Origin: Blastocystis sp. Blastoise | Taxonomy: Eukaryota; Protista; Bigyra: Opalinata | Assembly: GCA_039096225.1 (NCBI GenBank) | Contig: JBBPEB010000029.1 | Coordinates: 682,001-746,000 of the forward strand | DNA: 64,000 nt | Direction: 5' to 3' | In this document: piece by piece, positions 43,348 to 55,223 of the stretch | Layout of the letters: every line of letters starts with the position of its first letter | Numbering within the stretch: position 1 is the stretch's first letter | Translations under genes and position numbers: made by a program | The notes under the pieces: generated by a model | Databases searched by the model: none | What the model saw: only the letters and a program-made list of their open reading frames with translations | Told to the model about the DNA's origin: nothing

Positions 43348-46300
43348 ATGTCCTTAGGTATTATAGGAAGTAGCTCCTTTTTAGGAAGTACTATCTTCAA
43401 GACATTTACAAAGTCTATTGTCGACACTCAGTATGGAAAAATTGAGTTTTTTTGTGGTTCCATTAATCATACGAACGTCTGTTATGTTAGTAGACATGAT
43501 TGCGAAGTAGGAAAGGGTTATGTTATTCCAAGTGAAGTCAATTATAAGGCAATTATTTCTGGTTTAAAACAATTAAATTGTACTCATGTTCTTGGAACAT
43601 ATTCTACTGGTTCTTTAAAGAAGACAATTCCTGTGAGTTCATTAGTTGTTCCTAATGATTATGCTCTTTTACAAGCTCCTTTATATTTTAATTCAGGTGC
43701 AAATTGTCATATTTCTCCTTGTATGAATATTTAATATTATTTTTAGGAATAAATGCCATTTTGTCTAGGTTTAAGTGAGGAAATGATTCAGAAAGTAATA
43801 TCTGGTTTAAAGTCTAATGGTATTGAATTCATTGATAAAGCTATATATTTCCAGACACCTGGACCACGATTTGAAACAAAGGCAGAAATTTGTTTTTATG
43901 CTTATCACTTTGATTTAGTGGGTATGACTGGATCAAATGAAGCTACATTATGTCAAGAAGCAGGTATGAAGTTTTGTATGCTTTGTATGGTCGATAACAT
44001 GTGTAATGGTATTGGTGAAACTCTTGATTATGATGTATATATATATATATATAATATTAAAATGATTCCAGAAGAGTATTTTTTATGTATTATATAATTT
44101 TAATAAAAGATTATGTTGTGAAGAATTATTTGTGTCTTCAAAGGAATCATATTTATTTCTCGTTCATCTTTCTAAAATAACCATGATTATTACACATTTT
44201 TCTATGTATTGTTTTTCTCTAGACATTCAAAACTTTATCTGCTAAGAATAAAGATAATTTTAATACCGCACTTATTGCCGTTGTTCGTTCTATCTGTGAA
44301 TCAATGAGTTCCTCAAAAATTGCTGTAGATTCCATCATTAATGCTGGATTTGTAATTCCTGTTGTACCCAAAGAAAAGGTCCTTGAGAATTACAGTATTG
44401 TGATCAAGGATGGTCTCATTGTTGATCTTTTACCTATTGAAGTAAATAAATATATGTGTTTTTTTAGATGATTAATCTTTGTTTTCTATATATATGAATA
44501 TTCATTTTCCTATTACGTTTCTTTTTGATGGGATTATCATTTGATTATTATAGGAATCTGAAAAAAAATATGTAGCTGAACACGTATATGACCGTAAGAC
44601 TCATGCTGTGTTACCTGGTTTTGTCAATTCTCATACTCATATGGCAATGTGTTTATTAAGAGGATATAGTGATGATAAGAATTTATCAGATTGGTTAAAC
44701 AAGGATATCTGGCCTGCTGAAGGTAAATTCATTTCCAGAGAATTTATTCAAGATGTATATAGTTTTTATTATTATAGTTTTATTATTGTATTTATTATTA
44801 TAGTTTTTATTATTACATTTATTATTATTAGTCTATTTATTATTCTATTTATTATTATAAGTTTTTATTATTATATTTATTATTCTATTTATTATTCTAT
44901 TTATTATTCTATTTATTATTCTCCCTATAATCCTATATAGGGTTTTGAGGTAGCTATGGCTGAAATGATTCGTGGAGGTACTACTTGTTTTAATGATATG
45001 TATTTCCATCTTCCCGATGCCATCGATGTATTCATTCCCGTGGGAATCCGTGGTGTCATGGGTGTTCCTGTATTCCAATTCCCTTGTGCCGATGGTCTTG
45101 GTCCCGATGATTATATGAAACTTGTATGCATATAGAATTATATCATGATTTCTATATATATATAAACTATTGAAAATATTTCTTATATATATAATTTATC
45201 AATGTTTATTATTGTATGTTTATAGACATGCTTCTAATAATAATATATATATTATATATAGGGTAATGATTTAGTAAGTAAATATGGTAAGGCTTCTCCT
45301 CTTCTCTCCTTTTCTTTCGCTCCTCACGCTCCTTATACTGTTGGTGAAGACACTTATAAACGTACTAAAGATGAATGTAATAAACTTGGAATATCCTTAA
45401 GAACTCTATTTATTAATCTATATACATATATATATATTTAAAATATAGTTATACTATTCTATTGATTATTAATATATGTTTTTTTTTTTATATATAAATA
45501 ACTTTCCTTAACTTTATACATCTTTATGCATACTCATATTCAGGAGACTTCAGACGAACTTAATAATAGTATTCAGAACAATAAAGGACCTTCTTGTCAT
45601 CTCTCTGAACAACATTTATCACCTATTGCTAATTTAGCTCGTATGGGTGTTTTGGATGATATAGTAGCTGCTCATTGTGTTCATATGACTGAAGAAGATA
45701 TTCAATTAATGGCTAAACATCATGGATCTATTGTTCATAACCCCAAGTCCAACTTGAAACTTGACTCTGGTATATACTATTATATAGAGTATTAATATTA
45801 TTAATATTATATTAATATTATATTAATATTATATTGTTTATAATATATATTATTAATATTATTATATTAATATTATTATATTAATATTATTATATTAATA
45901 TTATTATATTATTAATAGTATATTGTTTATAATATAGATTATTAATATATTCGTAGTATCTCAGTTATTGTGAGTATGTTTATAATTCTTTATAGGTATA
46001 TGCCCTGTTCAACATGCTCTCGACGAAGGCGTTAACGTCTGTTTAGGTACAGATGGCGCAGCATCCAATAACTCTCTCGATATGCTCTCCGAACTTCAAT
46101 ATGCCGCCTTATTAGGCAAATACCGCGCTAATGAACCTACTGCTCTTAGTGCCGCTACTGTATATTATATATTATTCTTATTATATATTATTCTTATTAT
46201 TCTTATTCTTATTATTATTATTATTATTATTATTATTAGATATATATTAATATTACACCTATTCTATCTCCTTCTAGGCAATTGAGATGGCCACATTGAA

Positions 46301-46450
46301 CGGCGCAAAAGCCTTAAAATTAGCTGATAAAATCGGTTCAATTGAAATCAATAAATATGCTGATGTGATTGCTATTAATTTGGATGAAATTGAAACTTGT
46401 CCTCATTTCAATGCTCTCTCTTCTATTGTCTATTCTGCCAATAAATCTCA

Positions 46451-46531
<81 letters not shown>

Positions 46532-46705
46532 CATATATTTACATCTATTTACATCTATATTATTAATAAAATAACTGATACTTGGGTTGCTGGTAAGATT
46601 CTTATGGAAAACAGACATTTGACTACTATTGATATTAATAGAGTTAAGGAACAAACGAAAAAGTGGACAAAAACTCTTTCTGAATTCAAAGCCAGTAAGC
46701 AATAA
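43348..46705 (+). CDS. Fusion of methylthio(inosine/adenosine) phosphorylase and MTA/SAH deaminase (amidohydrolase)
   Basis: N-half: GIIGSS, SRH, GPRFETKAE, VGMT and VDN. Exon 44223-44441 reads without a stop into PGFVNSHTH, GTT.FNDMY, PHAPY, HTHIQET, HNPKSNLKL and GTDGAASNN.LDM. Confidence 0.88.
45391..45519 (+). other. U12-type AT-AC intron (deaminase domain)
   Basis: 5' ATATCCTT, perfect branch TTCCTTAAC, 3' ATAC. Removal restores KLG|IFMHTHIQET. Confidence 0.92.
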
Positions 46706-47067
46706 ATGAATTCTCTATTTATTATTCTTCTTTTTCTTTTCTCGAGGTTTTCTTATGTATTTCTATATTTAATACGCTTCTATAAGTATATATTGACTAA
46801 TAAGTAACTATTAAGTTCAATTTATAATAAGATTTGCTGAATTTCTGTTGGAATACTTGTTAAATACATTTCAAGATATTTATTTTACATATATATTCTT
46901 GCTTATGATACACTTAAACTAAATCTAAGATATAACTACTGATTTTCACATAATGTTTACAGAAAACATATAGAAACACAACATTCTAAACAAACATTCA
47001 CCACAATTCAGCACAAAAAAAAAACATTTTGTCATCAAAAAATAATTTTTCACATATTTCCATTATC

Positions 47068-48656
47068 ATGGACTCAACTAAGGTTTTATTACTTGTTTTC
47101 TTAACTCTTGTGACAACTGTTCAAGTATATATTTGTTGGTTTTTCTTTATCGCAATAGGTCAGTGTCATGAAATATAGCAGACTCTCAGGAGAAGCAAAG
47201 TATATACTCTAAGACATTTGAAATATATTTAAAGTTATATTCCATCAACATCTGTTATTCTTTCAGAGACCATCAAGAGTATCGTTGCTTATTTGATTCT
47301 AGTTTTTCAAATTGGATCTCAGAAAACAAATCATGTATTTAACATATATTAAAAGACATATATACCATATTATGTAGCTTGTCTATGAGCGTGTTTTTGT
47401 TCAATGGAGAGATACTTTGCTTTTATTTGTTCCATCTATATTATATTCATTACAAAATACATTTCTGTATATTTGTCAACTAATTCTAAATATTATTCAT
47501 ATAGAATTGTTGCTATTTCAAACTTAGATGCTGCGGTTTATTCAGTAAATATAATATGATTCTAACTATTAATTTTAACATTGAATCTTTTCTTTATAAA
47601 GATTTATATTGATTTCTATATATATAATAACATATATATATAAATAGGTTACATACCAGATGAAGATTGTGGTCACTGCCTTTTTATCGATATGTATGTT
47701 AAATAAGCATTTAAATACATTTCAGTGGTTGGGGATATTGTTATTGATTCCTGGAGTTGCGTTAGTACAATATGATTCCTCTAATCATGTAGAAGATCTC
47801 TCGAATAAGGTATATTTATATATAAATATATTATATATTCAATATATATATCAAAGAATAATCGTTAATATATTATATATTTAATATACTTATCAAAGAA
47901 TAACGTTAATATTATAATGTTATTCTATTTTTATACAAAGAATAATCGTTAATATTATAATGTTATTTTATTTCAATATATATGTATTCAATATATACTA
48001 ATAAATATAATACATACTATTCTATATATATATATAAATAGAGTCCATTATTAGGTTTTATATGTATTGTGTTTTGTTCTTTATCTTCTGGTTTCGCGGG
48101 TGTTTTCTTTGAGAAATTATTAAAAGGCAAGAATGGTAATTTATGGGTACAGAGTATTCAGTTATGTGCGGGATCTGCGGCTGTTGCTATAGGATTAGCG
48201 ATAGCTAAAGATGGTCATGTTATTTATGAAAAAGGATTTTTTTATGGATATAATCGTTATGCGTGGGCATCTGTTCTTCTTAATGTAGGACTTTATATAC
48301 TATGTTTGAATATATATATATTGCTATTCTAGTCTTTATAGATATGTTATATTTATATTTTTTATTATATGTTTAGTTTTTTATTATATGTTTATATTTT
48401 TTTATTATATATATATTTTTTATATGTTTATTTTTTATTATACGTTAATTTAGATATATATTTCGTTAGCATCAATATATAAGTCTATATAATAATAGCA
48501 TATATATATATTCTATCTAGGCTCTCTCTGGTATAGTTATTGCTACTGTTGTCAAATATACAGATAATATTGTCAAAGGACTCTCTTCCTCTATTTCTAT
48601 GGTTCTTTCCTGTATAGGTAAGTATTCTATTATTATTATTATATATATATATTTTC

Positions 48657-48721
<65 letters not shown>

Positions 48722-48948
48722 TATTTTCTTATTATTATCCTATTACTATATTCTACATATAAAATGAATAATAATAATACTCCTAGTATCACCTTATACT
48801 ATATATAGTATCCATTTTACTCTTTGGCTTTATCCCAACCTCAAAGTTCTATATTGGTACTTTCCTTGTGTTCTTTGCAGTTATTCTATACACTGTATTC
48901 CCATCATTATTCAATATAAAAACGAAAGAAAAGAAAAATATCGTATAA
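47068..48948 (+). CDS. Nucleotide-sugar transporter (SLC35A, UDP-Gal/CMP-sialic acid family)
   Basis: VPSILYSLQN, SNLDAAVY.VTYQMKI, SGFAGVFFEKLLK, GFFYGY and KYTDNIVKG. Eight GT-AG introns. Confidence 0.9.
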
Positions 48949-49890
48949 ACATATATATATAGGCTTATGTATTTAATAAAATATAGTCGTAAGTATATAT
49001 ACATAAAACACGTTTTTTTTATTCATATTCCATTTTGATTTATTATTGTTTTTTTCTTTTGCTCTCTCCTTTTCCTCTATTCTTGATATTTCTCTTATTA
49101 TAGTTTTTTTCTTAATTTATTTTTTTTGCTTGATCAATTAAAAAATGATCTTCGTTTTTCCTACTTAATAAGAAACAATATCATTATTTGATCGTAGAAA
49201 CAATTATTGAACGCAATTATACATAAAAGACAACGAAATAAGCAATTGAAAATAATAGTCTTTACAAAAGTGTATTTCATTAAGTCATTCCTATTCTTTA
49301 AATCATCAAAGCATTTTTTCTAACTAATAAAAGCTAATATATCTGTAAAATATATGAATATGATTAATCCCAGACAAATTTGTTGTTATCAAATGTAAAA
49401 ATAACAATTTTTATAGACTATGCTAGTTGTGAAATATACAAAAATAATTAAAATTGAAATTACTATTGTTGTCTTCAATTGCAAGAACAAGAAAAGTAAT
49501 TCAAAAACAAGATTTCAAAATTTTAGGTGATTTCTTCTAAATTATTTGTTTAAAATTTAAAAATGGCTAATTATATATTGTTTTTTTATTCTTCTTTAAT
49601 TTTCATAATATAACAGCAACAATATATATTTTATATATTATCTTAAAGGAATGAAAAGTTTATAATTAGGTAAGAAGAGGAAAAATAAAAATGGAAAAGA
49701 AATTACATACCCCAAATATTTATAGAAAAATGATAGAACATTAAAATATGATATATAAATATAAATCATAATGTAAGAAATGATAAAAAAAAAGACAAAT
49801 CACACTGGAATCTTTGTATTATTGTAAAAAAAGATATTCTAATATATAGAGTGATCTCTGGTAATAATAATGTAAATAATTCTTATTTAT

Positions 49891-50326
49891 TTATAACTTC
49901 ATACCATATTCAGGTCTTAATTTTTCTTTTTCAATTCTTAAACACTATAGATATATATAAGTTTAATTTCGTTAATAAAGACAGGAAAATTAAAAATAAT
50001 AAAAAAGATATAAATGTGAATGTGAAAAGAAGAAAAAAAATAATATAAAAAAATACTTGACGACTTTCTTTTAAGTCAAAAGTCACTTTTTCTAAGGCAA
50101 GAGGGTTTGAACAGAACTCCATGATATAATGGTTTCCTTGTCTGTATATTTTTTGAGGATCTTTGCAGTGAATAGGATATTGTAATTGTTTTTCTCCAAG
50201 ATTTGTAAGTTTTTGGAAGACGCCACCAGACTTTGTAACAGTATTTACAGAATTTTCAAAAAGAGACATGATAGATGATTTAGGTAAATCATTTCTAGCA
50301 ATGACAAATAATCTGTAGAAAGGCAT
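49891..50326 (-). CDS. MRPS6: Mitochondrial ribosomal protein S6 (bS6m)
   Basis: MPFYRL...GGV...NLG...L.YPI...G.HYIM.F pattern. One GT-AG intron, then CLRIEKK. Confidence 0.75.
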
Positions 50327-50734
50327 TTTAAGTTATATATAGAAATTCGTTAGAATATAGATATAAGACAAACAAAATAAAAAAGAAAAAAAGAGAATGT
50401 ATTTCCCATGGGAATTATTCTTGAGAAGAATGAGAATAATTCTGGTTTTCTACTGTCTTCTACAAGGGTACATATAATTTTTAGGGGCCTATTGTCAATG
50501 TCGTTAATATTGAAAAATAAGGTAATTGTTAATAAAATTGGAGGGCATATATAAAATCGGATTGTTTTTCTTTTTTGATTATTCTTGGTGTATGGTTGTG
50601 AAGGCTTTCTTTATTAGAAATAATTTGTATAATTCGTTGTTATTTTAACAATCAAAGTATGTATTTCAATTATTTCGTTTCGTTCTTATCACTCTCAACA
50701 CTTTGACAATCGTTATATATATTTTTTGTATAAA

Positions 50735-51032
50735 ATGGTCAAGCAGAAGCATCATACCAACAGAAACCAATCTGCTAAGAATCACAGAAATGGTATTAAG
50801 AAGGTTATGAGAAACAAGTATTACTCCCTCAAGGGCGTATGTATTTATTCTTACTTTTCTTTCCATCATGATCATTTTCTTTTTCTTTTTCCTTTTTTAA
50901 AATTTTATATGAATATATATATGTATTTACAAATACTATTGTATGTAATTTATATACGTTGATCCTAAGTTCCTTAGAAACTTAAGATATGTCAAGAGAG
51001 GTAATGAAAAGAAGCAAGAAAACAAGGAATAA
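50735..51032 (+). CDS. RPL29: 60S ribosomal protein L29 (eL29)
   Basis: MVKQKHHTNRNQSAKNHRNGIKK...SLKG|VDPKFLRN. Intron 50837-50957 reads GT...AC. Confidence 0.93.
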
Positions 51033-51395
51033 ATTCTTTTATTCGTTTCTGAAGACCGAGTTATACATTATTTCTTATGTTTTGTTTTTTGTTCACGTTT
51101 TATATGCGAATTTTATCATTTAAAACGTTATATACTATTTATTTTCATTTTATTGTAATAGAATAGACATAAGAAGCCTTAATTTCATTTTAAAAAATTA
51201 AAAAGTTTTTATTTGATATTATAATACGCACAAATAGTTATTAATGACTTTTTTACTTTATAAAAAAAATAATACTTATTCTATGAGTAAAACTATTTTG
51301 TAGACTATTAATCAAGTGCATAAAGATAATTAATTGATTATAATGATTTAAAATGAGTATGATAAAAAAACTTCATATAGAAAGGTGAGGATGGT

Positions 51396-51757
51396 GAGAA
51401 CACGACGAGAGTAAACCCCATTGAGTTAATCCTCAACATTGTTTCTAAAGAAACATGGTGAAAATCGCATGCATAACTTTTATAATGACCAAGTTGCCTA
51501 TATCAATCACTTTGACTCAATTTTTATCTTTGCCATGTGATGACCTAGGGGAACGTCCCTTTAGGGATGGCACTTTCTGCCTAGCTAGTCCGGGGATTTT
51601 CCCCAGTTACTGAACCACACCTATAATGATGAAATATGTTAATTATGAATAAAATAATGTATATATATTGCTTTATATAGCATAGTAAACACTTACTGAG
51701 ATATAGTAGAGCTATAAATCCTGTGAGTAACCGTAGCAAGCCTTCATCGTGTTCTGT
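51396..51757 (-). ncRNA. RMRP: RNase MRP RNA containing a 76-nt intron-like insertion
   Basis: CR-I GGGGAAAATCCCCGG (plus 51590-51604), P8 GCA-GAAAG-TGC (GARAR loop), CR-IV AAGTTA, CR-V ACTCAATGGGGTTTA. P1 pairs AGAACACGA with TCGTGTTCT. Confidence 0.9.
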
Positions 51758-52354
51758 CAATTTTATTTTTTTATTTTTGATTCCACGACGGGTTTATGAA
51801 TCTCTTTTCTATTTTTTATTATGAAATTTCTATAGAAATATTTCCTAATTATGAATCGTCGTGGAATTACTCTTATTCCTATTGGATGCTATTCTAATAG
51901 CGCTTCTTTCATTGGCTATAGGATCACGTCATTTTTTTAAATGACAAAAAGCGATAAAACTCGATATTCATGAAATCTTTATATTTTGCCGACATTTCTT
52001 GTTTATTTCAAGAAAAAATGTGTTTTTGTTTTATTCACGATTCTTTACATATTCTTCAGACAAAAAATAAAAATATATTTTTGGTTCTATATTTTTTTCC
52101 TGCTTCTTTTTTTTGTGCGAAAACAGGCTCAATAGCGCCAAGGAAATTTGAAAACAACAAGTTTGAGAACGATACACACAATTTGAATGATTTAATCTTT
52201 TGTCGTGTTCCTAGTGAGTAATAAGAGATTTCTGTTTAGTAAAAGTATATGCATGTTATATCAAATCAATTTATTATATTATGTAGATTATTTGTTGACA
52301 TCGTTTTGAATTTCTTGAGAATCATTCACGAAATTATCTGTTTCTTTGATACAA

Positions 52355-53917
52355 ATGAATTTTAATGAAGACATAGAAACAAGGGATGATATATCTTTGT
52401 TCGATATTTGTATGTATATAAGATTTCACTTTTCATTAGATTGATATATTCGATTTATATAGATGCTGATCCCGAAGATCTTGATAACAGTACAACTTCA
52501 GCAGATATATCAATTTATGAAACTCCTAAAAAGAATAGTATGAATTGTTTTTATTATTATCTATTAATTCTTATTTTTATGTTTTTTTTTAACAAAAAAA
52601 GAATAAAAAGAGATTACTTACTCTTGACTTAATTATAAAAATATATTTATTTTCTTTGTTTGTAGTGGATAACAAAGAGAATTATACTCCATTATATTCT
52701 TCAAAAGGAAAGAGTCGTTGTCGTTTTACAAAACAGATATTACGTGATGATATTTTAAAAGATAAAACAAATTGTCATCTTTCCTTTGATGATTGTGATT
52801 TTGAAGAAACAATTCCAACTCCTACCTTTTATTTTAGAAGAAAGAAGTTTATATTTAAATCTCAACAGACACGAATGGCTTCTATATCAAAATATGAGAA
52901 TGATTTTCTTCATGAAGATCCTTCAACACCTTCAAGTCTTCTTACACCTATCAAATTATTAAGTCCACCAAATATTATATATATATATATATATATATAA
53001 TTATATATTGTTCTTTATTATTAGTATTATTCTATGCTTTTTCTTTCAATAATTTTTACAATAAATATTATTATATATATTTTTTGTTGATATTTTTAAA
53101 TTTAATTTTAAATAGTGTTTCTATTATATGTGTATTATTTTAATACTTTCTATTAGTTTAAAAAAGTATTTCTATTCTATATATATATATAAATGTAAAT
53201 CCTATAATAAATAGATATTAATCATTCAGTTACAACTCGATCAAAACGAGGTTTTTCATTTGAATCGAATTTAATAAAACGAAGAAGTCAATTGGAATCT
53301 CCATGTATATTCTTATTCTTATTGTTATTGTTATTCCTATTGTTATTGTTATTGTTATTGTTATTGTTATTGTTATTGTTATTGTTATTGTTATTCATAT
53401 TCATATTCATATTCATATTCTTATTCTTATTTATATACATTATAAAACATAATATATATATGTTCAATAGAATTTTCAATACTATTATCATATAGATATT
53501 AATTCGACTATACCATATATATATAGCTTTTAGTCCTATAGTTCCTCATTATTCCATGAAAACACCAAATAACCGCGATTCTGACAGTATTGATATGAAT
53601 GAAACAATTGATGAACCATCAGATACTTTTATTTCTCAAGAAAGTATATATATATATATTCTTCATAGAGATATAAATATTATATATATATATATTAATT
53701 ATTTTTAATGTTATTCTTATTATTCATACTCATTCATTGATTAAAAGACTATTTTTAATATTTATTGTAAACAACTTTTTAATAGAAAAAAACTATTATT
53801 CTTTAATTAATTATATATATAGATAAAGGTCGTGGAAGAGCTCGAAAGTATATTAAGGATGATCTTGTTGGTGATTATAATACTGTTTCAAAGAAAATAT
53901 TTGATGATGATTATTAG
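52355..53917 (+). CDS. Hypothetical disordered protein with a KEN box and several S/T-P sites
   Basis: Exons join in phase 1 and give DNKENYTP, ETPKK, TPIK, SPP and C-terminal KKIF. No recognised domain. Confidence 0.6.
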
Positions 53918-54293
53918 TACAATCTTTCTATTATTATTTTTATAGTGTCTCGTGTATTATGACACATTTTCTCACTTTTGCAAATAAACTTTTTCTCTTT
54001 TCAACATTTGTTACACTGCTGTCCTATATATATATATTAGTTTATTTATTGTAACATCTAAATTAATCTGAATTGCTCTTATGAATCCAAATCGCTAATA
54101 TATGTTTTGTCTGAGTATTCTTTTAACATTGATCATTTTAATTTCTTGTGTTTTTCCATCATTTCTCTTTAACTTGAAGAAGAAGCTCTTCTCATCAAAT
54201 AAAATTAATAAATATTAGTATCCACATACAGGGTAACTCAATATATATGAAAACAAGAATTCTTAAAGAAATATTTCTTTTTATTGAATTATC

Positions 54294-54868
54294 ATGCAAG
54301 TTTCTACAAATTTTATTCGTTATTTTTCTATAAATGCATCAAATATGAGTCTTAATATTCCTGTGAGGTCTTATTTGAATAGGAAGAAATATATGAAATT
54401 GAATACGGGAAAAGCACAGAATTATATGCAGCGTACATTAACATCTGACTCTACACGCAATCAAGCATTTACTATAAATATTATTATATAGAAAAACAAA
54501 AGAAAGAAGAAGAAAATGAAATTATCGCAGAGATTGTTGGTCAAACTCAAGCTTATAAGGAATACGAGAAGGCTATTGAACAGGCTGCAATCAAATTACA
54601 ACGAAAATATGATGAGATCTCAGAGAATTCAAAAGGTGTTTCTTATCAGAATATGCAAATAGAACTTCAAAAAGAAAGAGAAAAGATAGCAGAGTTCTAT
54701 CATCCGTTGATTTACAAAGAATCGCATGCTCTCAAACGTTTATATGATACAGGAAAAATTTCTATCCATCCTAAAAGTTTTCATGATATTTTTATGGATA
54801 CTTTAGTTGAAGTTACATCAGGGGAACAAAAGGAACAACCAAAACAAATAGAAAATAAAAAGAAATAA
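54294..54868 (+). CDS. Hypothetical small coiled-coil protein, possibly organelle-targeted
   Basis: ORFs 54294 and 54653 are joined by a GT-AG intron at ~54433-54491. Confidence 0.5.
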
Positions 54869-54951
54869 AGTTTTTAGTTGTATTTCGATGTTTTTAATTA
54901 TGTTTATAAAAAAGTAAATATTTATACGTGAGTTTATTCTTGTTGTGTTAC

Positions 54952-54984
<33 letters not shown>

Positions 54985-55223
54985 CTGAAATATTATTATT
55001 ATTATATTATTATCTGAAATATTATTATTATGATTAACAAAATAACAAAAAGAAAAAATATAAATAATATACAATAATAACCCAGAATTGCCCAGAAAAG
55101 AATGATTTCAGAAACGTTAATAGAATATATGAAATAGAATATGGAAAAAGTGTATATATATTAATAAATAACCCATTATAAAAGTGTATAATAAAAAAGA
55201 AAATATGAATAGAGAAAGGAAAT

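Noticed and set aside
51621-51707. Plus-strand ATGATGA...CTGA with a short ctata/tatag stem, resembling a C/D box snoRNA
   Set aside because: It is the antisense of the MRP intron ends (TCAG-GTAAGT context and TCATCATTATAG). The interior is AT-rich and I recognise no rRNA guide. Probably coincidental; strand-specific RNA-seq would settle it.
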